This document shows positions 12,282-24,700 of a DNA stretch of 56,475 bases, piece by piece. The DNA is from Chromera velia (lineage: Eukaryota), in contig JAHBMJ010000111.1 of assembly GCA_018398765.1 (NCBI GenBank), positions 1 through 56,475 of the forward strand, written 5' to 3'. Below the pieces are notes generated by a model that searched no databases, was not told the origin of the DNA, and saw only the letters and a program-made list of their open reading frames with translations. The number at the start of each line of letters is the position of its first letter. Position 1 is the first letter of the stretch. The position numbers were made by a program, and so were the translations under genes.

Positions 12282-12865
12282 TCAGCTCATCAGTTGCACC
12301 TCAAACCCAACATTCTCGACTGGCACTCCGAACTCGCTCATCTTTGCTTGATAGGCTCTGGACATTTGCCTGTGCGCCTCTTTGATCTTGTGCGCCTCCT
12401 CGTGGAGGGCCTGGATGATGTCGTTCTTGTAGTGGATAACCTGCATGCAGGGCATTCATACACATCAAGCACATTTATGCGGTATGTATGCATATTGATC
12501 CGATCAATGTGGCTCTGGATTTAAAGAAACCATGAGATGGATTTTGTGCTCTGTACACAGACAGTGCAGAAACCTGAACGTTGTCGAGGGTCTGTGAGAT
12601 AATGAAATTGATGAATGGACAGCTCGCATGGAGAGTGCAACGACTCAAAGACTCACGCAAGGAGACAGAAGAGAAAGCGAAACCGAACTGCAAAAGCACC
12701 TCTTTCTTTCTCCCTCCTGTTGCCGCCCACCCAGAGAAACAAAGGCACTGACAAAGAAACAGGAAAAGTTCGGGCATCCATCCTGCTTCCTCCCTCCCTC
12801 CTCTGTTTTGAGTGTGTGTGTGTGTGTGTGTGTGTAAGCGCGTGCGTACCTGCGTATCTCTGTCT

Positions 12866-12903
<38 letters not shown>

Positions 12904-13021
12904 CCTTGTGTTTTTGAGAGGATAAATGCTCCCTTCCCTGACCTGATCCAGTTTCTCCGATATTCCTCCGGCTGTGGCCTTGTCGAGATTTGCAGAGATG
13001 AGGATCTCCGAGATCTGCATG

Positions 13022-13058
<37 letters not shown>

Positions 13059-15618
13059 ACACATACACGCATATACGGAGAGAGAGAGAAGACAGAGAGA
13101 ACAGGGAAACAGATGGGGATCTTCTAAAGCAGTATGCACTCGCAGACTGCAATCAAAAGGAAAACGGCACACGTGTGATTACTCTCTCTAATGTGATTCA
13201 GCCTCTTCACGGGAACCGATTAAGGAGAGAAAAGGCAAAGTGGCAGCGACAACTCTAGAGCACAAAATTGTTCCTTTCAGCCTTATCGCTCTTTCCTTTT
13301 GGAAATCCAGCGACCAGACGTTCATACAAACAGAGGAACAGGCAGAAGGAAATGATTACTTCCACACAATTTCGTATGGAACAGTGAAACAAGATACACG
13401 ATATCAATGGGGCATACATCAACACGAGAGAGAAAAGATGAATCAATCCAGTTATTGCCCCCCACCTGTGTGTCTGCAACCTCCATGGCCTCCTCGAGAG
13501 TGTCCAATTTCTTCTCCAAAATCAAATTCTGCAGACAGACAGATAGACAGATAGACAGACGCAGAGAGTACAGAACAGGTCTAACAATTAAGTGAAAGAA
13601 TTCACGTTCTCTTTTGTTTGTCTGTCTGTCGCTTTTCTTACAGAAGCAAGAGAGCCGCTTTACTTTCAAGACACGCCAATGTGAAACGATAAGATGAAGA
13701 AAGAACGAGATGGTGTGCTGGAATGAATGATTCAAATCAGAAGGGGAGAGATAAACTGAAGAATCCCTCTTTCTTGCAAGGATTCTTTCGAACGAGGAGA
13801 GACCCATGCGCCTGCCCACCTTGAGTCCTGTTCGTTGTTGCACTTTGTACAGCACCTCCTGAAACTTTCCGTACAAGTCGTTCCTTTCCTGCGCACGATC
13901 ACGTACAGAGGAAGGCAGATAAGTAGATAGGTAAGAGAAAGAACACAGTCACTCGCACGCACACACAATTACGCAGATGCAGAGGGAGAGAAGAACGGAG
14001 ACAGCCTGTATCGTCTTTTCTTTTCCTTCTTCTCTTTCTTTATTCTCTTCTGTTTTTTCTTTCTTCTCTTGGCGCACTCTCTCAGTGGAAGGATACCAGG
14101 GGTCCCTCCAGGACTCGAGCGTACCCTGCAGCCCTTCCAGACAGACAGATAGACAGAAACAGAGGGAGGGAGGGAGGGAGGGAGGGACGGAAGGAGGGAG
14201 AGAGGGAGAGAAGGAGAGAGCGAGGGAGGGAGCCAAAGAGCGACATGGACAAAAAGAGGCATTGAACAACAAAGTCGGATCCAAAAGCAGGAAAGTCTTA
14301 AAAACCTTGACGGCGCACAAAGAAAGGAAAATTCAAATCGCTCAACAGAACTCAAAACGAAGCAATCACAACGAACCTACCTTTGTTGCTCTCTGCAGTT
14401 GCTGCTCTGTCACTTCCTTCTGCAAAAGCAGATTCCCCAGAAGGGACTCCTGCCCTTTCAGAGATTCCTTCACTGCCTCCAGCTTCTTCTTGTCAAGCCC
14501 GTACAGCTTTAGCTCGGCATTCAAACTCTCAACCTCCATTCTTGCTCTCCTCAAAGGCTCTGCAGGGATTTGTCGATAGAAGACAATTCCGCGCATTCAT
14601 GTGTATGTGACGATGTACATGTGTCTGTGTTCTCATGACACCAGCCCAGACAGAGGAAGTGGACAAGCGAAGAGCTAGGCTCTCTGAAGATCAAACACGG
14701 CCGGGAGCGTGCATGCCTACTGACGGACGGACGGACCGACCGTTGAGGTCTCGATGTTTTGCTTGGAGGTCAAGCATCGTCTTGGCATCCTTCGCTTCTC
14801 CTCGCTTCAGCTCCTCGTGATCCTCCTGTACACAAAGAAAGAAATAAAAAGAGAAGAGAGAAAACCTGGAGCGTGTGCTACTTTGGATCGGCGTTGAACA
14901 TGGTACTGCTTCATTTCTCCGGTGCAAGGTCATACTATCTGGAAAAAGCGAAAAAAGCGACAAAGTGGAAGGGCATGGAAGCAGAACTGCGAAAAGACGG
15001 GAGGGAGAAAGGAAGTGAATGAGTTACAGAAAAACACTGAGAGAAACCACAAAGACACCGAGAGACATGTCTTGAAGTAAATCGATTACTATTTGCGGAA
15101 GAAGGAGAAGAAGACATGTGCAAGACAAGAAAGTGAAAAGCGAATGCATGTATGAGAAGTCGCGCCAAGACAAATGCCTGCTTCCGTTTCTGCGTTAGAC
15201 CTGGTTAAATGAAGACCCACACTCATTCGCTCAATAACTCACTCGCTCACTCACTGACTCACTTTGAGTCTCTTGATGAGGTCCAAATTGGAAGACGTCC
15301 TGTCCAGGTAGTAGTGCTTGATGGCCGCAAAGTCGATCGAATTGTGCAGCATCACCTCTCTGCAAGCGAAAGAAAAGGAGAGATACAGACACGGCGACCG
15401 ACAGTTCACGCACAGAAGTCAGTGACGGCGAAACGAAAAACTCAGGTGAAAATAAAGCATATCCCTTCATTCAAAGCAGCAGAGTTCACCTTTGGCGGAC
15501 AGATAAAGGAGACAAATTGCCGCGATGTAGTTCTTCTTTTGATCTCCCTTCGATTTTTCTTTTGTCCACTTCGTTCGTTCATCTGGTAGTGGATCCTTCT
15601 TCTTTCTCCAAACAAATT

Positions 15619-15658
<40 letters not shown>

Positions 15659-17326
15659 GCACTTGTCTGCCCACTCATCAATTCATTCCTTTCCTTTGCC
15701 TCTCTTTGTCTGTCTCTGTTTGTCCAACTGACTGACGCGACGTGTTGGTTCTTCACATCTTCAATGCGTGCCAGTTCCCTCTTCCTCTGCTCGTCCATGT
15801 CGTCCCTCATCTGCAGTGGCGACGCAATACATGCATGTCCACACAAGAGAAGGAATATGCAGATGTCCATACAGGTCCATATACACTGACAGACACGTAC
15901 ATACGCACACAGAAGCAAACATAAGATTGGGAAGAAGAAAAACGGATAAGGAGGTGGAAATGAAGAGTTCTGAGGGTCGCACTCAATAAGCAAGCAAAAT
16001 GGCCACACAAGTCCATTTATCACACTTTGAACATGAATTTTGAACACAACAAAGAAAGAAAACATCGGCAAGATCCATCGGCTGAAAAGAGTAAAATGCT
16101 GCCGACGGATCCGTCCCTTTTTGTTGACATTTAAAAGAAGAGGAAGGAGACTGAATTGATTATGTTCCTGGTCCATACTGACGGACGTTTTGAAGATGTT
16201 GCTTGTACTTTGCTTGCAGGTCTTTTGCCTTTGCCTCGAACTCATTCCTCAACGCAAACACCTGCTTATCCTGTGTGAGCCTCATCATCCTCAGGGTCCG
16301 GTCATGAGACTCCTGTGTCTCCTTCAACTCCTCAGTCAGGGCTCTAGAGTCTCTCTGGAGGTCACTCTCCCTCTCCCTGTGCTCCTCTTCCAACTGCTGT
16401 AGGGCCGTCTCCACGTCTATCTGCTGGGAGATCTGGGCGTCTGTCTCGTGATATCGCAGGTGCTTCAATCGCTGTTTGAATACCTGCGTGAAGCAGCACA
16501 TTCACATTCATAGACGCGTACGTACAGGTATACGAGAGGCCGGGACAGTGCACGCAACAGAAGCACAGAGTGACAAAGGACATCGGGCTGGCTGCAAGGA
16601 GCGCCAGATGACAACCTGAACTGTTTCGTTTCATGACGACACCTGAGCGTACCCACCGAAATAGAAAAAACCGAAAATTCAACAACATGTTGGAAAAGCA
16701 AGGAAGACTGGAAAAGCACAAAGAGCTGGTGAGTAAGCTGATGAAGAGAGACGCCGATAGACGTGAGATAATTCATTTATTGATGGGGTGTCTGCCTCAG
16801 TCTCTTTTTGCGGAGTGATGCCGCTGACACTCATTTTGATGCAGTTGGTCTGTTCCATATCCCATCAAAATATTTGCCTGACCTTCAACTCGATTTGGTG
16901 CTTCTCGTCAAGATCTTGCTGCTCTCTTTCTTTTGCCCTCAAGTCCGCCATACGGTCCTGCAGGTTCACAAAGATCGAAGGAGGGGGTGGGGGGGTGGGG
17001 GGGTTAGGCGCTTCTTATCTTTCTTCTGATAGTCAAAGTCAAAGGCAGAAAAGGTACGATGAGCACCATCTGATTCACTTCCTGACTTGTTTCGCAATGT
17101 TTCTGGTCGGTCAAGATCCCGACCTCTGTCCTCCGCCTGTGTGAAAGTTGCAGATATAGATGCCTTTCCAGTTGAATGCCCCTGTAGGCCTCTTTTTGCG
17201 ATGCCTGCCCGTCCCTTCATCTATTTGTCTGTCTATCCACTGTCTATCTATCCACCTCTATCTATCTATCCATCTATCCATCCATCCATCCATCCATCCA
17301 TCCATCCATCTATCTATCTATCTACC

Positions 17327-17361
<35 letters not shown>

Positions 17362-18071
17362 GTCTGTCTGTGTTGTCTATCTATCTATATGTCTTTCTAT
17401 CTGACTCCCAATCCATCTGCCTGTTTTGTTGCTTGGCTGTTCGAACCCACCTCCTGATCCTGCCTCTCCGTCTATCTGTCCATCCGTCTATCCGACTGTC
17501 CTTCAGTCATTCTGTAAATCCATCTGTCCCCCTGTCTGTCCACTGTTCCTTCTTTCTTTCCTGAACTGACATCTTTTCCCTTCTTCTCTATGATCCAGAA
17601 GTAGTTCAGCTTCTCTCTCTCCTGGAGGAGTTCATTGAAGGAACGTTCCTCGGCCTCGCACTGCGCCTTCAGAAAAGTTGCCTGACACAGAACAGAAGCG
17701 CGCATACATATGGAAATAGCTGGTTGCTTTTGATGACATCTGTACACATGCCAGAAACCCGCGCCTCGGAACAGTCAGTCCCAAAGCAACAGTCAGAGCA
17801 ACAGAACATTTGAGATATGTACTTGAGCCGTCCATCCGATATCGTTTTTCAGGCTGACCAAAACCAGTGAGACCAAGACTCACAGATAGCGGTCTCTCTC
17901 AGAACAGCAATTGTGGGGGCACGAGCCCTCCATTCTCCAACCCGCACACTGACTCGCACCCGTCGTACCTACCTCTTGCTTGGCCGCCATCAAAAGTCGC
18001 AATCCTTCAGCCTCCCTCGCCTCCGCTTCGGGGTCTCCCCCCTTCTTCTTACCCGCCTTCTTGGGGGCCAT
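12282..18071 (-). CDS. GAS8: Dynein regulatory complex subunit 4 (GAS8/DRC4/trypanin/PF2), 12 exons, 459 aa
   Basis: Exons 18071-17973, 17681-17571, 16957-16883, 16483-16187, 15810-15737, 15359-15263, 14825-14741, 14559-14381, 13888-13820, 13528-13466, 13014-12943, 12440-12282 (1380 nt, all in phase). Motifs MAPKK, EREKLNYFW, KHQIELK|VFKQRLKHL, IKHYYLD..SNLDLIKRLK, VQQRTGLK|NLILEKKL, EFGVPVENVGF. Confidence 0.96.
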
Positions 18072-18787
18072 TCTGAATGATGGAAGGGGTCACTCTTTGC
18101 TGGGTGACCTGATACTGTAGATAAGACACCTGTTGTGCAGTCGACGATCTGTTCTGTTGCGTGCACGTGTTGCTTTACGGGTCAAGAAACGAAATCAAGT
18201 CATTGGAAGTGCAAATCCTTGGAACCGTTACTGGGCCTCCATATGCAAGACCAGGGAGACGCTTAATTTCGTATGCTGCCAAAGTTGTCCTGCATGTCAC
18301 AGTGAATGAGATATGAGTCTTATTGGAAGGTCGAAGTTGCAACTTGCAAGGAAGAATGAATCATTCAATTGCATACCGCGGGCCCAGCTGGGGCCCCGGC
18401 AGCGCGCGGCGACAAGACCCCGCGCGACCTGCAGCCGCAACATTTTCGCTTTGCTGCCGGGGCCCGAGCCGACCATGCAGTGACATTCATGCATGTATGC
18501 ACTGAGCACAATACGCGTACGTACGTACTTCAAGCGACAAGGAGCCAATGATGCAAAATGGCTGCCTCGCCATGAAGCTCCCTTTTTCCAGGACCACTAC
18601 TCAATGAGTTGCAACCATATTGCAACCCGCGGCATCCGGCAGTATACTCAAAGACAAAGTAGATTTTCGAGACTCCTACTCGAACCATCCAAGCAACTGT
18701 TGCAGGTTGCATACCTTGCGTTCAGTGCAACACTGAAAGACACGCACACTCCAATCTTCAGTTTCTCAAGAGCGTAGGAAGGACGAC
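18072..18787. promoter_or_regulatory. Putative bidirectional promoter between DRC4 and the RPGRIP1L-like gene
   Basis: 716 bp between divergent ATGs (18071 -, 18788 +); central GC/CpG-rich inverted repeat; ~12 GCAAC/GTTGC pentamers. Confidence 0.7.
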
Positions 18788-21700
18788 ATGTCACACTTTT
18801 CTAGCGACGATGCAAAGATGTCGCGTGCCCCGACGGAGGGGGACCTGGGCGCGTCTTCCCTTCACAGTTCACGCAGAGTCGACGCATTCCTTTCAGGAGG
18901 AGGAGAGAGAGAAAGAGAACAGCAACCGAGCGGCCCCAGCCACTCACAGGTGCACCAACGCGACAGTGAGGGACCCTCCCGCAACGCCAGTGAAGCTCAT
19001 GATCAGATCACATCACAAGCATCCTTTCGGTCTGGACACACTGGTTTGTCAGGAATGAGAAATATGTTCTCAGGAAACAACAATGCAAACAACACCAATT
19101 CAAACTCTGATGACAGAGACAGGGACCGTCACAGCGAAAGAGTCAGCATAGGAGGAGGGCACATACCCGACAACACAAACACAGCCAACATGAGTGTGCG
19201 CCATTGGGACCTTCTGGGTGAGGGCACATCAGATCGAGGGGTAGGGGTGGCAGGGGACTCTCCTGCAGGTGCGTACGATCATCAGTATTCTTTCCGACAG
19301 TCGGATGCTCGAGGTTCTGCTCGTGACGGCAGCGGCAACGGCCCCCTTCCCCTGTCTGCCATGGGGGATCGCCAAGCCTCGGCACAGACAGGCTTCAGCC
19401 TGCTTCTGCAGGGGCGGCCTGTGCGTTTACAGGAGAAGGCAGAGTCGATTTTGAGGAAGTACGGAGGTTCTGTCCCAGTGCAGTCTTTCCATGGTCAGTC
19501 ACTTTCCAATTGGAGGGATGATGCAGAGAGATAGGAAAGAAGTAAAACGAAGCGAAGAGAATGCCTGGATGAGGAAAGAGAAGCAAAAGAGAAGAAAGGA
19601 GAACAAGAGTAGAGAGAAAAAAGGAAGCATGGAGAAGATAAGAGGCTCGGAGATCAGGCTTTTCTTTCAGTTGTTGAAGTCGAGGAAAGATATTAACACT
19701 CTTCCTTCAAATAGACACATGCATGGATCCAGTGGTGCTTTCTCGTTGTAGACCCCCCCCATTCGTTTTCCTCTCTTTCCTCCCACCTCATACCTGCTTC
19801 TGCTTTGATTATTCAAATGTGTGCAGGCACGCGTACCGCCGCGTCTCGACAACCCGACAACCGCCCCTCATCCGCAAGAGCAAGAACAGGCCAATCCAGG
19901 TCCCGTCTCCGAGACCGCCCCCCTCCCCGCACTTGTCAGGGCCAACGCCGCGGTTGCTCCGCCTCAGGAGGCAGCCACGCCCCCCAGTACGAAGACGAGA
20001 ACATCGCGTTGAAGAGGCAGATTGTGGAATACGAAGAGTCCATTCGGGCCCTTGCGGCAAGATTCCAAAGGGCTCAGAGAGACCTTGTGCAAGCAGCCAG
20101 AGAGACCAGTCCACACACAAAGGCAGCACGCAGCACCAGTCCCGCAGCCCTTCTGCGACAAGAGCACGCCTTCAAGAGAGCAGCTGCCCGACTTGAGGAT
20201 GACGACAGAGCTGCCATCCGAGGGGACCCCCCTCCCATTGGAGCAGATCTGGAGGGGGCGTTGGTGGGAGAGCAGCTGGTGCAACTGCGGAGGGAAATCG
20301 GGAATGCGGCAGACGATCGGAAGAGGAAGGAGAAGAGAATGGCGATGCTGGTCCCAATGGGAGGGCGGGTATGTTTGGCTGTTAGGTTGAAGGAAGGTGA
20401 TGTTGCATGTTGGCGTTTTGGTTACTGCCTGTTTGTCCAGTACCTCTATATGCTCTTCCCAGCGTCCCTTCGAGCACACAAGACTAAAGGGGACAGGCCT
20501 TCTCCCGCAGCACCCTTTCCTCCCCACATTCCCTCTTTTTGTTCTTGCTTTCTTCCGTTCCTCTAATGGATTTCCATCCATACTTTAGACATTATCTGTT
20601 TCCTCCTTTTTTTTGGTGCGCCATTGGAATTAAGCGCACTTCATTTCATTGCTTTCTAGTTTCTCCTGCGAGCCCTTTTGGGGTCAACATTTTTGAAATA
20701 TCTGTCGATGACATCGTAGACCTATGTGTATCTTTTTCATGACCTCTGTCCCTCCTCGTTTCTCTGCAGCCCCGAGGAGGTAGGGTGATGCCCGGAAGAC
20801 TCAGGGCTCGAGACGGCATCTTTGCTCCTCCCTGCGTGCCCCCTGCCTCCCTGTCCCCTCGATGCAAGGAGACCCCGATCGTTTCGGCGTTGAGGGCACA
20901 GCTGGAAGTCGAGAGGGAGGCGCTTTCGGAACTGGCGATCAAACACGAGCGGCTGCAGAGAGAGGTGGAGGATAAAATCAAGGGCCGAGAGGAAAGTGCG
21001 GTCAGGAGATTTTTTCCAAAGCGACACCGTGTCTTCTAGCTGTTTGTTTCACTGTCTTCAACCCTCCTCTTTCCTGTTCCCGTCTGCAATGTAGTCGAGT
21101 GAGATAGATGCCCCTCCGGCAATTCAGGTCGAAGGCTGCCTGGCTATCATTCTTACCGTTGACTCTTTTTCTTTTGACAAATGTGTTCTCTTTCTTCCTG
21201 TGCCTCTCTCTCTCTGTGCAGGTGAGCCAGTCCACCCTAAAGGAGTACCAGACCTCCCTCGTTGACCGTGACTTCAGGTTGAGGGAGTTAGAAGAACAGG
21301 TTCAGGAGGCCAGATTGCTCAAGTCAGAAGCAGAAGCAGAGGCAAAAGTCGCGAAGGAAAGACAAACAGCGGCACAGAAGGAAATCGACGATGCGAGGAA
21401 ACGAGCAGAGGAACTCAAGACCAGTATGGAGGACCTCTTTCGAGATTCCTTTCTCGCTGGAAAAGACAGGTAGGTAAGTCGGTCGGTGGGGAAGAGGTCA
21501 TAATGTGTGCGTGCAACAACAAAACGTGAGAAGAATTCCACGGAGTTTTTTGCTTTTCTGGCACTTTTCAGCCTTCTCTGGCTCGCCTTCAACGGTGTGC
21601 ATGCGCGTGGGTGCATGAGTGTATGTATGTATGTATGTATGTATGTATGTATACATGTGTGTGTTTGCGTGCTTCTGTTGTGACTCCCTTTTCCCTTGTC

Positions 21701-24700
21701 ACAAACCTTCTCCCTCCTCACAAAGCCCAAAATTGACTTTCTCTTCTTCCCTTCTCTCACTGCAGAGTCTCAGCCACCGAGTTCCGACGAATGAAGGAAA
21801 CATGCGAACAACAGAGAAAGGTCAGACAGACGTCCGTGTGGATTTTCAGAGAATCGTCCTGGCTGTTTCTCGTCTGAGTTCCGTGTCCGCCTCCTGTAAA
21901 GCCCAGACAGAGATTCTTTTCTTCTGCAGGCTCTCTAGCCACACCAGCCAATCCCTCAACGTGGCTGTCCATCTTCCTTTCGGGTCGCTCGACCTCGGGG
22001 GGGCTTTTTTCTTTTGTTTTTGCGTCGCCTTTCTCTTTCAGACCTTCCTTATTCGTGAAGTCATCTTGAATTGATTGTTGCGTTGCTCGCTTCCCTCCCC
22101 AGCTTTCTCGGGACAGAAGCTGCTTGAACGAATGGCTGATAGACACAATCTCGAGGGAACGCAGAAAGAAATGGGAGAAATTCGTCCGTCAGGACTTTAG
22201 AGCACAATGAGGGAGTACAGCAGAGGCATTGAGTCAAGCACAAGTTTGTACTGAAAGACCCCGTACACTCGCGGCGTATCATCCCCGCCTTCTCTTTCTT
22301 GCACCTTTCCTGACTGGCTGGCTGGCTGTGTTGCAGGACATCGAAGACCTGACGCACGCAAACGACAAGGCCGAATCCGACAGAAGGAAAGCCCTGGAGG
22401 ACCTTCATGAGAAGAACAGAGAGCTGAAGGAACTCCACAGAGAGAGGACGGAGGCAGGTGCAAAGGCCACCATGCTGCAGGAGAGATTGAACGACGTCAC
22501 GGTCAGTCAGTCACATGTAATCTAAATTCATCAGTAAGTCAGTCAGTCTCGAGGCTTTGTTTGACCTCTCTGTCTGCTTTCTTCCTGTCTGCCTCTTCGT
22601 TGTGCGTCTTCCTCGTTTTTCCTTTCTGCCCATTCGCAGATTTATTTCTTCATCCGTCTATCTTGCAGTGAACAAAAAGCGCACTTAATTTGGGTACCTG
22701 CAAAGACATACGCAGGCCTGCGTATTCATTCATCTCCTTCCTACACACATGTACTCCGTGGGACTTTTCTGTTCTGTCACTTGACTTTACGGAAATAAAT
22801 GCAGAGGGCGTTCGACCTTCTGAAGGACCAGTTGGAGGACAGAGACAGGGCGATGCTGGAGGACGCCCTGGGTGTGTGGCTGTCGAGGGAGCCTTCGTCC
22901 ATCGCGAGGCTGGGGGCCGACTGGCTGAATAAGTCCCACAGTCCCGACATCGAGAACGATTTGGGAACTCTGACCAGAAGTGAGTGCAAGCAGAGATAGA
23001 GTGGGTATGTGCGCTTGTGTGTACGTGTGCGAGTGGGTGGGTGGGTGGGCGAACGTACTGTCGTTTAAACTTTCTGTGGAGCGATTCGCAAAACAGTTTG
23101 CGTTGTTCGTTCCGAAAAGTCAACAGGATGGGGAGTGCTCTATTTTGTCTTTCATGCAACGAAAGAGCAAAGACAAACGAAAACCCCCGTGATTTTGATG
23201 ACGACTGCTGCAGGACTGGATGTGGTCCGTTCTGAGAAGGCCGAGTTTGAACACAGGCTGCAGAAGACGCACACTCTTCTGAAGAGGTCAGTCAGACATT
23301 CAGTTGTCTCGGTTGGACTCCTAAATCCTCTCCCTGCAGTCTCTTTGTCCTGCATGCCCTGAATTTGTTTTCGTTTTTTCTTCTTGTTGGCTGAGCCCCC
23401 TTCCTTTCTTGTTTTTTCTTCTTTCTCTACGTTCCTTCTTGCCCTCACGGGGTACTCTCTTGTTCTTTTTGTACCAGCGAATTGATTTCCTCTTTGTCTC
23501 TCCGCTTGTCCCTGCAGGCAAAGCGAAATTTCTGAAAACCTCCGAGAGCTTCACGAGACCGACATGAGAGAGCAGCACGCGTTGGTGTCTGACCTCAAGA
23601 AGGACGTCAACGCATGGAAGCGCTTGTCTGCTGCCAGACAGGATCTCACGAGGAGTCTGCAGGTCAAACTGAACTTCTCAGAAAAGGCCGCCGCACTCGA
23701 CAAGCAGACTCTCACAACCGCCTTGGCAGTTGCGAAGAAGGCGGCGATGCAAGCAGCCTTAAGAGGAGGCAAGGGTGCGAGGGGCCAGTTGGCTTTGCAG
23801 AATGGTCAGGCTGCCCTGGGAGATGGGCGGGCCCAGAAGGGAGGTCGTGCAGCGTTGGAGGGTATCGGAGAGGCGGCAGGTTTGATGGATTTGGAGGAGT
23901 GTGCTGCAGGGTCTGAGGCGGGGCTCAGTTGCTTCTCGGACTGTTCGAGTGTTGTCGGGGAGAGTAAAAACAGTCTGGACCTCTACGTTGGCAAGGGGCG
24001 ACTGGAGGCAGGGGCACTGGGGCAAGTATCTCGACGTCTAGCTGCGGCGCTGTCGGCAGAGTTCATTCTTTCTCTGGTCTCTGTGGAGTTTTTTGACTTT
24101 GACGTCTCGACTTCTCAGGTCGCTCTCTTGGTGTTTGTTTGTTTTTTGTTGTCCGTCTCTCTTCCCGTCTTTCTTTGCTTTTTTCTCTTCACGTTGCCCC
24201 CGAGCTCCTTTCCTTTCCTCTTCAATGTTCTCTCCCTGATGTTCACTCCATCCGTCGTGTGACTTTGTCGTTCTTTCTGTCACTCAATCACAAAAATGCA
24301 GAGAAAGATTAGTTTAGAAATTGACAGCAGCCACTTCTTCTCCCCGCTTCCCTCCTGTTTTCCTTTCCTTTTTCTCTCTCCCCACCTTTCGGCCTCTCTG
24401 CAGATTGGCACCGGTATCGAGCCGTTCTTCGACTCTGTGATTTCCTTCGCTGTGGACTTGGACGACTCGACCATCCAGCACTTTGCGCAACACTCTCTGA
24501 GACTCCAATTGTCCCTCCTTCTCAACGATGCCACTGTGCCTGTGGGGGCGTGCTCACTTCGACTGGGAGACCTCCTGTCCCCTGACTTGTTCGGGGACTC
24601 TAGGGGAGTCCTCTCTGGCAGGCTCGTGTTCATGGGTACGTCTCTCTGTCCTTCCGTCCGTCCCTTCGTCTGAATGTGTTCCTTTCCGTGTGCCTGTCTG

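Noticed and set aside
12475..17564. Long ORFs overlapping DRC4 introns on both strands
   Set aside because: Explained by intronic simple repeats plus short true exons.
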